Assembly: GCA_016278585.1 (NCBI GenBank)
Contig: JADQBO010000484.1
Location: 1 to 31,804 of the forward strand
DNA length: 31,804 bases
Reading direction: 5' to 3'
Source of the DNA: Desulfosporosinus sp.
Lineage (GTDB): Bacteria; Bacillota; Desulfitobacteriia; Desulfitobacteriales; Desulfitobacteriaceae
A model generated the notes under the pieces. That model was not told where the DNA came from. It saw only the letters and a program-made list of their open reading frames with translations, and ran no database searches. Shown piece after piece: positions 1 to 9,435 of the stretch; positions within the stretch are counted from its first letter, which is position 1; every line of letters begins with the position of its first letter. A program made the position numbers and the translations under genes.

Positions 1-2432
1 AATTCATCCCCGTTTTCGCGAGTAAATACCTTAACATCAACAATTTTCCCTGCTTCTCCGTGGGGCACTCGTAAGGAAGTATCACGCACCTCGCGTGCCT
101 TTTCTCCGAAGATGGCACGAAGTAAGCGTTCTTCAGCCGTAAGCTCTGTCTCACCCTTGGGGGTTACTTTTCCGACCAAGATATCCCCGGGTCGAACTTC
201 AGCTCCAATTCGAATAATTCCACGTTCATCAAGATCTTTCAAGACATCTTCTCCGACATTTGGAATGTCGCGAGTGATTTCTTCCGGTCCAAGCTTTGTG
301 TCACGAGCATCTGATTCATACTCTTCAATGTGAATAGATGTATAGTAATCCTCTCGAACAAGCTTTTCGCTCAGCAAGATTGCATCCTCGTAGTTATACC
401 CCTCCCAAGTCATGAAGGCTACTAAGACATTACGACCTAAGGCAAGTTCTCCATGGTCTGTCGATGGACCATCCGCAATAATTTGGCTGGCCTCAACTAT
501 CTCACCTTTTTTAACAATGGGTCGCTGGTTTATACAGGTTCCTTGGTTAGAACGAGAATACTTAAGAAGTTTGTGTTTCTCTGTAGTTCCATCTTCGCCA
601 AGGACGATGATCTCGTCCGCAGTCGCTCGCTCCACGACTCCAGCTCGTTTAGTGATTGCACAAACGCCAGAGTCTTTAGCCGTCTTATATTCCATCCCTG
701 TCCCTACATAAGGCGAGTCGGTACGCAAAAGGGGTACAGCCTGTCGTTGCATATTTGAACCCATCAGAGCCCTGTTGGCATCGTCATGCTCTAGGAAGGG
801 TATAAGGGCTGTAGCAATAGAAACCATTTGTTTCGGAGAAACGTCCATATAGTCTACCCGATTTGGGGACACATGCACAAAATCCGGTCCATGTCGCCCA
901 TCGATTTTTTCCCCAAGAAACTTACCATTTTCATCAAGAGGCGCATTAGCTTGTGCCACGATGAATTTTTCTTCTTCATCCGCTGTTAAATAATGAATCT
1001 CATCTGTGACTCTACCGCTCTCCTTATCCGCCATGCGGTAAGGGGCCTCAATAAAGCCATAGGGATTAATACGACCAAATGTACTTAAGGATCCAATCAA
1101 GCCAATGTTTGGGCCTTCCGGTGTCTCTACCGGACACATTCTTCCATAGTGGGAGAAGTGGACGTCACGCACTTCAAAACCTGCACGCTCCCTGCTCAAC
1201 CCTCCAGGTCCTAAGGCACTTAAACGACGCTTATGAGTTAACTCTGCTAACGGATTTGTTTGATCCATAAACTGCGATAACTGGCTGCTACCAAAGAACT
1301 CCTTGATGGCAGCTACAACAGGTCGTATATTAATTAATACTTGAGGAGTAATTACTTCTACATCTTGAATTGTCATCCGTTCGCGTACCACGCGTTCCAT
1401 ACGAGATAATCCAATTCTGAATTGATTCTGTAGAAGTTCCCCAACTGAGCGCAACCTACGATTCCCTAAATGGTCAATGTCATCTTTGTGACCTTCACCC
1501 TCCATTAAGGCAAGCATCCGCTTAACGCTGGCCACAATGTCGCCGCGTGTCAAATGTCGAACCTCCATCGGTGGTAACTCGTCAGGATCTTGGAAATCTC
1601 CTAGTTTCTTATTAAGTTTATAACGACCAACCTTGGCTAAATCATACCGTTTGGCATCAAAGAACAGAGCTTCCAATAATGAACGCGCGCTGTCAACAGT
1701 CGGCGGTTCACCTGGTCTTAATCGTTTATAGATTTCAACTAATGCTTCTTCGGTAGACTCCGAACTGTCCCTTTCCAAGGTAGCACGGATATATTCATTA
1801 TCGTTAAATAGCTCTAATATCTGGCCGTTACTAGCATACCCTAAAGCACGAATAAGAACGGTGCCTGGTAGTTTTCTTGTCCGGTCAACCCTAACAAAAA
1901 TGTTATCATTTACATCCGTTTCAAATTCCAACCATGCTCCACGATTCGGAATAACCGTTGCCCCATAGAGCTTCTTTCCACTCGGATCGATTTGTTCAGC
2001 ATAATAGACTCCTGGCGAGCGAACAAGTTGGCTGACAATAACACGTTCAGCGCCGTTAATAATAAAGGTACCTTTGTCAGTCATTAATGGGAAATCCCCC
2101 ATAAAGACTTCCTGTTCTTTCACTTCCCCAGTTTCCTTGTTGATCAAGCGTACCTTTACACGGAGTGGCGCGGCATATGTAACATCGCGTTCTTTACACT
2201 CCTCCACCTGATATTTAGCTTCCCCAAGGCTATAATCGACAAACTCTAATACGAGATTGCCAGTGAAATCTTGAATCGGCGAAATATCGCGAAACATGTC
2301 GCGTAACCCTTCATCAAGAAACCACCGATAGGAGTTCTGTTGGATTTCAATCAAATTTGGCATGTCGAGAACTTCACGGATTCTAGAGTAACTCCAGCGT
2401 TCCCTCGTTCCGACCTTAACAGGATAGAACAT
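1..2432 (-). CDS. rpoB: DNA-directed RNA polymerase subunit beta, N-terminal part (gene runs off the left edge)
   Basis: Minus-strand translation from ATG at 2432 reads [39 protein letters not shown]...; continues with RpoB-like motifs ([74 protein letters not shown]) to the window edge. Absent from the ORF track because it is truncated. Confidence 0.97.
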   Translation of the reverse strand, partial: MFYPVKVGTRERWSYSRIREVLDMPNLIEIQQNSYRWFLDEGLRDMFRDISPIQDFTGNLVLEFVDYSLGEAKYQVEECKERDVTYAAPLRVKVRLINKETGEVKEQEVFMGDFPLMTDKGTFIINGAERVIVSQLVRSPGVYYAEQIDPSGKKLYGATVIPNRGAWLEFETDVNDNIFVRVDRTRKLPGTVLIRALGYASNGQILELFNDNEYIRATLERDSSESTEEALVEIYKRLRPGEPPTVDSARSLLEALFFDAKRYDLAKVGRYKLNKKLGDFQDPDELPPMEVRHLTRGDIVASVKRMLALMEGEGHKDDIDHLGNRRLRSVGELLQNQFRIGLSRMERVVRERMTIQDVEVITPQVLINIRPVVAAIKEFFGSSQLSQFMDQTNPLAELTHKRRLSALGPGGLSRERAGFEVRDVHFSHYGRMCPVETPEGPNIGLIGSLSTFGRINPYGFIEAPYRMADKESGRVTDEIHYLTADEEEKFIVAQANAPLDENGKFLGEKIDGRHGPDFVHVSPNRVDYMDVSPKQMVSIATALIPFLEHDDANRALMGSNMQRQAVPLLRTDSPYVGTGMEYKTAKDSGVCAITKRAGVVERATADEIIVLGEDGTTEKHKLLKYSRSNQGTCINQRPIVKKGEIVEASQIIADGPSTDHGELALGRNVLVAFMTWEGYNYEDAILLSEKLVREDYYTSIHIEEYESDARDTKLGPEEITRDIPNVGEDVLKDLDERGIIRIGAEVRPGDILVGKVTPKGETELTAEERLLRAIFGEKAREVRDTSLRVPHGEAGKIVDVKVFTRENGDE

Positions 2433-2810
2433 TTACGTTTCACCCCTCAGTGTGGTTTTCTCTCATTGAGGTATTATAATATATTGACATATACAGCCAA
2501 AAGCAAGGCCTTTAAAAGAACCTCGCTTAACTGTTTATGATGTTCCGCTATCATTCCGACAATTTCAAAGAAAATATCTCCTTATTACCTAATTCATGCG
2601 AATCATTACCATAGCATGGGTGGAATAAGTAATAAATTCCATTTAGGCATAGTAACATTTCTAAAGTATACCAAAACGAAGGGCCTTTGTCAAGAAATTA
2701 TTTAAGATATTTAAAGCCCATCCAATCTAAAGACTCCAAGGAGGTATCAGCATCTCAAATATTAAAGAAGGCACTCTCTATAAGAGAGTACCTTCACGTT
2801 TGAAAAACTC

Positions 2811-3188
2811 TTATTTAACTTCGACAGTTGCGCCAGCTTCAGTTAATTTAGCTTTTAAAGCTTCAGCTTCGTCTTTTGAGACTTTCTCTTTAACCGGTTT
2901 TGGAGCGTTGTCTACGAGATCTTTTGCCTCTTTGAGACCAAGACCAGTTGCTTCACGAACTACTTTAATAACACCGATTTTAGAAGCTCCGCAATTCATT
3001 AACATGACATCAAATTCTGTTTTCTCTTCAGCTGCATCAGCTACAGGAGCTGCAGCTCCTCCGCCTACAACTGCTACTGGAGCAGCAGCACTTACGCCAA
3101 ATTCCTCTTCAAAAGCCTTTACGAGTTCAGATAACTCAAGGACGGTTAAACCTTTAACGGTTTCGAGAATTTCATTTACTTTAGACAT
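2811..3188 (-). CDS. rplL: 50S ribosomal protein L7/L12
   Basis: ORF translation with Ala/Gly-rich hinge and C-terminal domain [47 protein letters not shown]. Confidence 0.98.
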   Translation of the reverse strand: MSKVNEILETVKGLTVLELSELVKAFEEEFGVSAAAPVAVVGGGAAAPVADAAEEKTEFDVMLMNCGASKIGVIKVVREATGLGLKEAKDLVDNAPKPVKEKVSKDEAEALKAKLTEAGATVEVK

Positions 3189-3240
3189 TTTAATTTTCCC
3201 CCTTATTATTATAAAGCATTTTTTTACCTGTAGTTAGCAA

Positions 3241-3768
3241 CTATTGAGCTGCCTTAAGCTTACGCACTTCTTCCAATGCATACCCCATCTTACGGATAGG
3301 CCCTTGGAGAACATTAACCATACCTGCAAGAGGCGCTTGCATGCCGCGCACAACCATAGTGAGTAAGACTTCGCGAGAAGGCAGATCGGCTAGAGCTTTT
3401 ACGCCCTCAGCCCCAATAACTCTTCCTTCTAGTACTCCAGCTTTAATCTGGAATTTCTTTAATTTGTTTGCTTTTGCAAAGTCCATTAATATTTTGGCAG
3501 GAGCGACAGGATCTTCACTAAATGCAAGAGCCGTCGGACCTTTAAGATAGGAATCCAGGCCCTCTACTCCTAGTTCATCAGCCGCGCGACGTACAAGGGT
3601 GTTTTTTAGAACCCGATACTCGACTCCAGCTTTACGTAATTCAGCACGCAATTGCGTTGCCTGGGCTACGGTTAAGCCGCGGTAGTCAGCTAAGACTACC
3701 CCCGAAGATCGTTGGAACTTCTCCTTAATCTCCGAGACTACTAGACTTTTTTCTTCGATGTTAGGCAT
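3241..3768 (-). CDS. rplJ: 50S ribosomal protein L10 (start set at MPNIEEKS, 36 nt inside the ORF-track start)
   Basis: MPNIEEKSLVVSEIKEKFQRSSGVVLADYRGLTVAQATQLRAELRKAGVEYRVLKNTL; directly upstream of rplL. Confidence 0.96.
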   Translation of the reverse strand: MPNIEEKSLVVSEIKEKFQRSSGVVLADYRGLTVAQATQLRAELRKAGVEYRVLKNTLVRRAADELGVEGLDSYLKGPTALAFSEDPVAPAKILMDFAKANKLKKFQIKAGVLEGRVIGAEGVKALADLPSREVLLTMVVRGMQAPLAGMVNVLQGPIRKMGYALEEVRKLKAAQ

Positions 3769-3799
3769 TCTGTGTACCTCCTTCCATTCAGATAAACTC

Positions 3800-3950
3800 A
3801 GCAAAAAACCTCCGCGCTAGCAGAGGTTAAGAATGCCAAATGAATATCTATCGGCGTAATCTTCCAACCTCGGCAGGACATTAAGCCTTACGGCACCTGC
3901 TTTCTACAGCGGACATTATTCAATTCCTGATAAGTCTATCTCATTTGTCG
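3800..3950 (-). promoter_or_regulatory. Ribosomal protein L10 leader (autoregulatory mRNA leader of rplJ-rplL)
   Basis: Minus strand contains the typical leader core ...GTCCGCTGTAGAAAGCAGGTGCCGTAAGGCTTAATGTCCTGCCGAGG... followed by attenuator-like hairpin ACCTCTGC-TAGC-GCGGAGGT and TTTTTT upstream of rplJ. Confidence 0.85.
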
Positions 3951-3972
3951 AACATTGTCAAGAGCATCTTAT

Positions 3973-4665
3973 TTAGAGGGCTTTTGCAGGGTTGATGCGT
4001 ACGCCAGGTCCCATCGTTGAAGACACCGTGACACTCCGCATGAACTGACCCTTAGCAGCAGCAGGTTTAGCCTTAAGCAAGGTCTCCCCTAATACATGAT
4101 AGTTCTCTAACAGCTGTTCTACACTAAATGAAGCTTTGCCGATTGGAGCATGTATAATACCCGCTTTATCCGCACGGTATTCAATCTTACCAGCCTTGAT
4201 TTCTTTGATCGCACGAGTTACATCGAGGGTAACAGTTCCAGTTTTCGGGTTAGGCATAAGTCCTTTGGGTCCCAAAACTCGACCCAGCTTACCGACCATT
4301 CCCATCATGTCTGGTGTGGCAACAACTACTTCAAAGCCAAACCAACCTTGCTCAATCTTAGCAATCATGTCTTCAGCTCCGACAAAGTCCGCTCCCGCTA
4401 ACTCTGCTTCCTTAGCCTTCTCCCCTTTGGCAAATACCAACACCGATCGGGTTTTTCCTGTCCCATTCGGGAGCACAATAGCACCACGAATTTGTTGGTC
4501 CGCATGACGGGTATCAATGCCCAATTTAAAAGCAGCTTCTACGGTCTCATCGAACTTAGCTTTAGCGTTAGCTTTTACGATTGATAAAGCCTCTGTTGGT
4601 TCGTGGAGCGTTGAACGATCAAATGATTTTACAGCCTCTTGATACTTTTTGCCTACTTTAGCCAT
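3973..4665 (-). CDS. rplA: 50S ribosomal protein L1 (start set at MAKVGKKYQ)
   Basis: [31 protein letters not shown]...[12 protein letters not shown]...; L11-L1 order. Confidence 0.97.
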   Translation of the reverse strand: MAKVGKKYQEAVKSFDRSTLHEPTEALSIVKANAKAKFDETVEAAFKLGIDTRHADQQIRGAIVLPNGTGKTRSVLVFAKGEKAKEAELAGADFVGAEDMIAKIEQGWFGFEVVVATPDMMGMVGKLGRVLGPKGLMPNPKTGTVTLDVTRAIKEIKAGKIEYRADKAGIIHAPIGKASFSVEQLLENYHVLGETLLKAKPAAAKGQFMRSVTVSSTMGPGVRINPAKAL

Positions 4666-4715
4666 TCTATTAACCTCCTTGTGGTAATGCGGGCTTAGCC
4701 CTCCCACAGTATTTA

Positions 4716-5144
4716 TTAACCTTCAACAACGTCGATTCCCATGCTCCGCGCAGTTCCTTCAATCATGCGCATTGCTGCCTCGATGCTTGCTGCATTTAAG
4801 TCCTTCATCTTAATATCCGCGATTTCGCGTATTTTTGACTGAGGAACAGCCGCAACCTTTTTACGGTTCGGCTCAGCAGAGCCCGAATTAATATTAGCAG
4901 CTTTTTTAAGTAATACTGCTGCTGGCGGAGTTTTTGTAATAAAGGTAAAGGAGCGGTCTTCGTACACAGTTATTTCGACAGGAATAATAAGCCCCGCTTG
5001 ATCCTTTGTACGCTCATTGTACTCCTTGCAAAACGCCATAATATTAACCCCGTGCTGACCCAAAGCCGGACCAACCGGAGGTGCAGGTGTTGCCTTTCCC
5101 GCATTGATCGCTAATTTTACCAATCCAATTACTTTCTTTGCCAT
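4716..5144 (-). CDS. rplK: 50S ribosomal protein L11
   Basis: [46 protein letters not shown]. Confidence 0.98.
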   Translation of the reverse strand: MAKKVIGLVKLAINAGKATPAPPVGPALGQHGVNIMAFCKEYNERTKDQAGLIIPVEITVYEDRSFTFITKTPPAAVLLKKAANINSGSAEPNRKKVAAVPQSKIREIADIKMKDLNAASIEAAMRMIEGTARSMGIDVVEG

Positions 5145-5176
5145 TGTCATTACACCCCCTTGTTAGGATAACCCTA

Positions 5177-5704
5177 TTAGTCTAGTTTTTGAACCTGTGT
5201 AAACTCAAGTTCCACGGGAGTCTCTCTTCCAAACATAGATACCTCAACCCGCAGTTTGCCTTTATCGGCCAGGATTTCCCGAACTACTCCAACAAAGTCT
5301 TTGAACGGACCAGCGATAACTTGGACACTCTGATTAACTTCAAAATCAATCCGCGTTTGAATCTCGTCCATTCCCATTTGTTTAAGAATCGCGACAACCT
5401 CGTTGTCCAATAACGGAATCGGTTTAGTTCCAGAGCCAACAAATCCAGTGACTCCAGGAGTATTACGTACAACATACCACGAATCATCCGTCATTTCCAT
5501 TTCTACAAGTACGTAACCTGGATATACCTTGCGCTTGGTGATTTTCTGTTTGCCGTTTTTAAACTCGATTTCATCTTCCATCGGGACGAGCACACGAAAA
5601 ATCTTCTCTTCCATATTCATGGACTCTACGCGTTTTTCGAGATTCATCTTCACCTTATTCTCATAGCCAGAATAGGTATGAATCACAAACCAATCTTTTG
5701 CCAT
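5177..5704 (-). CDS. nusG: Transcription termination/antitermination factor NusG
   Basis: MAKDWFVIHTYSGYENKVKMNLEKRVES...PGYVLVEMEMTDDSWYVVRNTPGVTGFVG; KOW region FKDFVGVVREI. Confidence 0.98.
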   Translation of the reverse strand: MAKDWFVIHTYSGYENKVKMNLEKRVESMNMEEKIFRVLVPMEDEIEFKNGKQKITKRKVYPGYVLVEMEMTDDSWYVVRNTPGVTGFVGSGTKPIPLLDNEVVAILKQMGMDEIQTRIDFEVNQSVQVIAGPFKDFVGVVREILADKGKLRVEVSMFGRETPVELEFTQVQKLD

Positions 5705-5743
5705 TTCTCAGGGACCTCCTCAGACACTGCCGTAGTTCATATG

Positions 5744-5968
5744 TTAGGGCAGTAGCATGGTCAAGGCTGCGCTTAAACCGCTATCAACTATCCACATTAG
5801 AATGGATACAATCGCTACTGCAATAAACACAACTCCTGTGTAAGTTAGCAACTGTCTGCGGCTCGGCCAATGAACTTTCTTGAGTTCACTCAAAACCCCA
5901 CGGAAATACTCCATCGCCTTTTCTTTCTGTCGCTGAGTATTGGCCGGTTTCTTCAACTCGCCCATCAC
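5744..5968 (-). CDS. secE: Preprotein translocase subunit SecE
   Basis: Short single-TM protein FRGVLSELKKVHWPSRRQLLTYTGVVFIAVAIVSILMWIVDSGLS; SecE WPSR motif; nusG neighbour. Confidence 0.95.
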   Translation of the reverse strand: MMGELKKPANTQRQKEKAMEYFRGVLSELKKVHWPSRRQLLTYTGVVFIAVAIVSILMWIVDSGLSAALTMLLP

Positions 5969-6048
5969 TTCACATCCTTACAGACATCCATGTCATCGAC
6001 TCCGTGACAACGCCCCCTGGCGTTTATCTAAACTAGTGCAAAAAAAAA

Positions 6049-6199
6049 TTACTTTGTTTCCTTATGCAGAGTATGGCTCTTGCAAAACTTACAAAACTTT
6101 TGAGTTTCCAAGCGATCTGGGTTATTTTTCTTATTTTTCATAGTAGCATAGTTACGGTGCTTGCAATCCGTACACGCTAAAATAATGCCAACACGCATT
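6049..6199 (-). CDS. rpmG: 50S ribosomal protein L33, with an apparent +1-nt frameshift after codon 6 (151 nt from ATG to TAA)
   Basis: ATG at 6199 preceded by GGAGG gives MRVGII; from 6180 in the other frame [43 protein letters not shown]. Below the ORF track size threshold. Confidence 0.8.
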
Positions 6200-6251
6200 C
6201 ACGAACACCTCCCGACGGTAGGACGCTGTATTTTTATCCATTACTCAAAAT

Positions 6252-6280
6252 ACTTTATCATAAGATAATTTCACTGTCAA
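6252..6280 (-). promoter_or_regulatory. Sigma-A-type promoter for rpmG-secE-nusG
   Basis: Minus strand TTGACA (6275-6280), 17-nt spacer, TAAAGT (6252-6257). Confidence 0.6.
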
Positions 6281-6303
6281 GGAAATTTATCTTATAACAA
6301 AAA

Positions 6304-6320
6304 AGACAGCGTTGCTGTCT
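6304..6320 (-). terminator. Rho-independent terminator downstream of tRNA-fMet
   Basis: Minus strand AGACAGC-AAC-GCTGTCT followed by TTTTG. Confidence 0.8.
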
Positions 6321-6327
6321 ATCTAAT

Positions 6328-6402
6328 TGGTTGCGGGGGCCGGATTTGAACCGACGACCTTCGGGTTATGAGCCCGACGAGCTGCCACTGCTCCACCCCG
6401 CG
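6328..6402 (-). tRNA. Initiator tRNA-Met (CAT), CCA encoded
   Basis: CGCGGGGTGGAGCAGTGGCAGCTCGTCGGGCTCATAACCCGAAGGTCGTCGGTTCAAATCCGGCCCCCGCAACCA; C1/A72 mismatch and GGG...CCC anticodon stem typical of initiators. Confidence 0.95.
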
Positions 6403-6504
6403 ACATTACCTGTTAAGTTTTCCTAAGTGATTGCTATCTATGCAAAGAATACCACCAGCAATAAATCATGTGCAACGACTCGCCTTACAATCTTCGTTAC
6501 TGTT

Positions 6505-6580
6505 TGGAGCCGACGGCAGGACTCGAACCTGTAACCTGCTGATTACAAATCAGCTGCTCTACCAATTGAGCTACGTCGGC
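6505..6580 (-). tRNA. tRNA-Thr (TGT), CCA encoded
   Basis: GCCGACGTAGCTCAATTGGTAGAGCAGCTGATTTGTAATCAGCAGGTTACAGGTTCGAGTCCTGCCGTCGGCTCCA folds as a cloverleaf with anticodon TGT. Confidence 0.95.
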
Positions 6581-6684
6581 ATTTATTCTTCGGGTGCAAC
6601 CCTTATTACCTTCAAGGCACTTACGTAGTTTAACACTTCTTTTTTGATAATGCAAGCCTTTTACGAAAGAAGGTTTATGTAAAA

Positions 6685-7335
6685 TTATCCATCGCGTCTC
6701 TCGAGATATCGTTCGAGCTTCCTCTTAACTCTCTGCAACGCATTATCGATTGATTTTACATGTCTTCTCAAATCAACGGCAATCTCCTGATAGGATTTAC
6801 CTTCCAAGTAGGACATGAGTACTTTCCATTCCAAAGAACTGAGTATTTCACCCATCTTTTCTTCAATGTCGTCAAATTCTTCCCGACTAATAATTAGTTC
6901 TTCAGGGTCTGTAATTCGGGTTCCTGATATTACATCGAGAAGCGTTCGATCAGAATCTTCGTCATAAATAGGCTTATTCAAAGAAACATATGAGTTTAAG
7001 GGAATGTGTTTCTGCCTTGTCGCAGTTTTAATTGCAGTAATTATCTGACGTGTAATGCATAATTCAGCAAATGCTCTAAAGGAGGAGAGTTTATCTCCAC
7101 GAAAATCTCGAATTGCCTTATAGAGTCCAATCATGCCCTCTTGAATAATATCTTCGCGATCAGCACCAATAAGAAAGTAAGAACGTGCTTTAGCTCTAAC
7201 AAAGTTTTTATACTTATTGATTAGGTATTCCAGTGCTGTAGCGTCGCCTTCTTTGGCAAGCTCAACCACCTCTTCATCCACGATAACGTCGATGATTTCG
7301 CACTCCGGTAATTCTGGTTGGGCTTGAAGAGTCAA
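6685..7335 (-). CDS. sigH: RNA polymerase sporulation sigma factor SigH (TTG start preferred; ORF track extends to 7374)
   Basis: ALEYLINKYKNFVRAKARSYFLIGADREDIIQEGMIGLYKAIRDF...ITRQIITAIKTATRQKHIPLNSYVSLNKPIYDEDSDRTLLDV; GGGGGG ribosome-binding site before TTG at 7335. Confidence 0.93.
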   Translation of the reverse strand: MTLQAQPELPECEIIDVIVDEEVVELAKEGDATALEYLINKYKNFVRAKARSYFLIGADREDIIQEGMIGLYKAIRDFRGDKLSSFRAFAELCITRQIITAIKTATRQKHIPLNSYVSLNKPIYDEDSDRTLLDVISGTRITDPEELIISREEFDDIEEKMGEILSSLEWKVLMSYLEGKSYQEIAVDLRRHVKSIDNALQRVKRKLERYLERRDG

Positions 7336-7407
7336 GTTGATCCCCCCTACTATGTCGTCATGAAGAAGACGCAATCTCGGCTAGCCCTCGTCCACGAGAA
7401 CATCCTC

Positions 7408-7437
7408 ATTATACTCGACCCTAAAGAAAAGCGTCAA
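7408..7437 (-). promoter_or_regulatory. Probable sigH promoter
   Basis: Minus strand TTGACG (7432-7437), 18-nt spacer, TATAAT (7408-7413), about 70 nt upstream of the preferred TTG start. Confidence 0.6.
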
Positions 7438-7552
7438 GGCGAAGTTTTGGTTGTTCTGTCGCTATTCGCAAAGTTCGAAGCTCTAAGACCAGACATAAGG
7501 TCCGAAATACACGAAAGGGAACTTTCCCAAGTTGCAATATCCTGCCCATACC

Positions 7553-8311
7553 TCATGTATCTAACCTCGAATTTGTTCTTTGTCTAAGCACTTCATAAAG
7601 CATGATCGATCCTGCAACGCTCGCGTTTAAAGATGCGACCTTCCCCTTCATAGGTAAACTCACAAGCTCGTCACAATTTTCTCGGAGTAAACGGCTTATG
7701 CCCTTCCCTTCACTACCAATGACGATGACCCTTGGGCCAGTGAGATCTGCTTCAAAAGCATCTTTCCCTCCAGCTTCAGCTCCAGACACCCAACACCCCT
7801 TCTTCTTTAACTCTTTCAAAGTTTGAACCAAATTACTTACTCGAGCTACCAAAACATGCTCGACAGCACCAGCGGATGTTTTGGCTACCGTTCCCGTTAA
7901 GGTAACGCTGCGCCGCTTGGGGATAATAACACCGTGGGCTCCAACAGCATCTACTGTTCTTAACAAGGCACCCAGATTATGAGGGTCCTCTATCTCATCG
8001 AGCATCAAGATAAAGGGGGCTTCTTGCCGCTCCTCAGCCAAGGAAAGTAGATCATCCACCTCGGCGTAATCTCTGGCAGCGATATAGGCCAACATACCCT
8101 GATGCCGCTCACGATTTGTTAACCGATCAAGGGTCTGACGATCCACAAATTGGTAAGGAATACTACGTTCATGTAATAATGACATAATGTCTTGATTCCG
8201 GCCACCGGGCCCTTCCGTGATAAGAAGCACTTTATTAACGGGTTTTCCGCTTCGTAAAAGTTCTACCACAGGATTTTTTCCATAAACTATTTCATCGTTC
8301 AAGTAGTTCAC
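7553..8311 (-). CDS. rlmB: 23S rRNA (guanosine(2251)-2'-O)-methyltransferase RlmB, TrmH/SpoU family
   Basis: VYGKNPVVELLRSG...LDEIEDPHNLGALLRTVDAVGAHGVIIPKRRS...VIGSEGKGISRLLRENCDELVSLPMKGKVASLNASVAGSIMLYE. Confidence 0.95.
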   Translation of the reverse strand: MNYLNDEIVYGKNPVVELLRSGKPVNKVLLITEGPGGRNQDIMSLLHERSIPYQFVDRQTLDRLTNRERHQGMLAYIAARDYAEVDDLLSLAEERQEAPFILMLDEIEDPHNLGALLRTVDAVGAHGVIIPKRRSVTLTGTVAKTSAGAVEHVLVARVSNLVQTLKELKKKGCWVSGAEAGGKDAFEADLTGPRVIVIGSEGKGISRLLRENCDELVSLPMKGKVASLNASVAGSIMLYEVLRQRTNSRLDT

Positions 8312-8985
8312 TTCTTTCCTTCGAGGGTTTTTAATCTACCACAGCTGTAGGTACCTTGACGACAGACTTTCTGAGTTACACAGGAGGGACCCGCTTCACT
8401 GAATAGATTAGGAGCCACACTACGTACTAACTCCAACATTTTTTCCGCTAGAAATCGAATCTCCCATTGGGCTCTAACACAAGTACGATGTTCAAAAAAA
8501 TTTAATAAGGATCGAGCGTTAAATGTTGCCATCAAAGAGGTTGTGCAGGCATTCGGTAAGACATAGCGAGCATCCTCTGCAGGCACACAATTTAAGAGTT
8601 CTCGATAATCTTCCTGTAGACGCGCCATAACCGTTTCAAATCGCTCTAATGCCTCAAGATCTCGGTGAATACTCGGGGGAATGACAAACTCGAACCCTTT
8701 CTCTTCAACATAGCGCTGGGAGCGCTGAGAGTAACTTGCAATTCGGTGACGTACCAGTTGATGAGATAACGCTCTTGAGACTCCATCTATCGAAAACTGA
8801 AAACTAACATGCTCAAAAGGAGAAAGATGACCCATCTCTTGAAGTTTTCGGACGAAACTCGCCACCCTCTCTTCATCTAATCGTTCACTCAACTCCGGTA
8901 CTGAGTCCGACGAATAGCATAGTCGGGCTGCAGCAGCTACTACTTTTTCCGGGTCTGGCGTGTGCTGAATAAGATCTACTTTCAT
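8308..8985 (-). CDS. thyX: FAD-dependent thymidylate synthase ThyX (start at MKVDLIQHT)
   Basis: HLSPFEHVSFQFSIDGVSRALSHQLVRHRIASYSQRSQRYV contains the ThyX motif RHR(I)ASYSQRSQRY. Confidence 0.96.
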   Translation of the reverse strand: MKVDLIQHTPDPEKVVAAAARLCYSSDSVPELSERLDEERVASFVRKLQEMGHLSPFEHVSFQFSIDGVSRALSHQLVRHRIASYSQRSQRYVEEKGFEFVIPPSIHRDLEALERFETVMARLQEDYRELLNCVPAEDARYVLPNACTTSLMATFNARSLLNFFEHRTCVRAQWEIRFLAEKMLELVRSVAPNLFSEAGPSCVTQKVCRQGTYSCGRLKTLEGKK

Positions 8986-9027
8986 TGCAAGGTCCTCCTC
9001 CCTTCTCTTTCTCATGAATAATAACGT

Positions 9028-9420
9028 TTATTCAGCCAGTTCTTCATGCACAAGCATTTGGTCCACTTTAGCGAACGCCCACCCCATGCGATCAGTTTTT
9101 CCACATAATTGCCAATAACCAACTAGGCTTTCAAACGCTGTTGCATGACGGTAGGTCACAACATCTACGTTCTTGGGATGCCCCCCCTTAGTATTTCGCC
9201 CCCGCATTACAACCTGCAGTTCTATCTCGTCAAGATCGGGTAAAAGAACATGTAAGACCTGAGCTTGGGTACTTGCACGAACATAGCTTATAGCCTGCTT
9301 ATGTAACTCCTTAACCTTTTCATGCCCCAGTTCCAGTAGGTGGGTTCGAACCCAAAGTTCATAGACTGCATCTCCCAAATACGCTAGGGTTAAGGCATTC
9401 ATTTCCTGCCAATTTCTCAT
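9028..9420 (-). CDS. mrnC: Mini-ribonuclease 3
   Basis: MNALTLAYLGDAVYELWVRTHLLELG...VMRGRNTKGGHPKNVDVVTYRHATAFESLVGYWQL; located beside cysS. Confidence 0.93.
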   Translation of the reverse strand: MRNWQEMNALTLAYLGDAVYELWVRTHLLELGHEKVKELHKQAISYVRASTQAQVLHVLLPDLDEIELQVVMRGRNTKGGHPKNVDVVTYRHATAFESLVGYWQLCGKTDRMGWAFAKVDQMLVHEELAE

Positions 9421-9435
9421 ATGGTCACCCTTCAA

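Noticed and set aside
112-1270. Plus-strand ORFs 112..333, 412..711, 453..758, 1079..1270
   Set aside because: They lie antisense within the highly conserved rpoB coding region and have no domain-like features; artefacts of the rpoB codon pattern.
2800-3237. Plus-strand 145-aa ORF opposite rplL
   Set aside because: Low-complexity Ala/Ser/Thr translation caused by the antisense of the Ala-rich rplL; no support as a gene.
4136-4507. Plus-strand ORFs opposite rplA (4136..4507, 4150..4401)
   Set aside because: Fully antisense to a conserved ribosomal gene, no ribosome-binding site or family resemblance.
6431-6628. Plus-strand ORF of 65 aa (…LFGADGRTRTCNLLITNQLLYQLSYVG…)
   Set aside because: This is the antisense translation of tRNA-Thr; a familiar annotation artefact of tRNA genes.
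7318-7587. Plus-strand ORF of 89 aa between sigH and rlmB
   Set aside because: It covers the sigH promoter/leader region in antisense, has no recognisable domain, and overlaps two conserved genes. I considered a degraded yacP on the minus strand but found no supporting coding frame.
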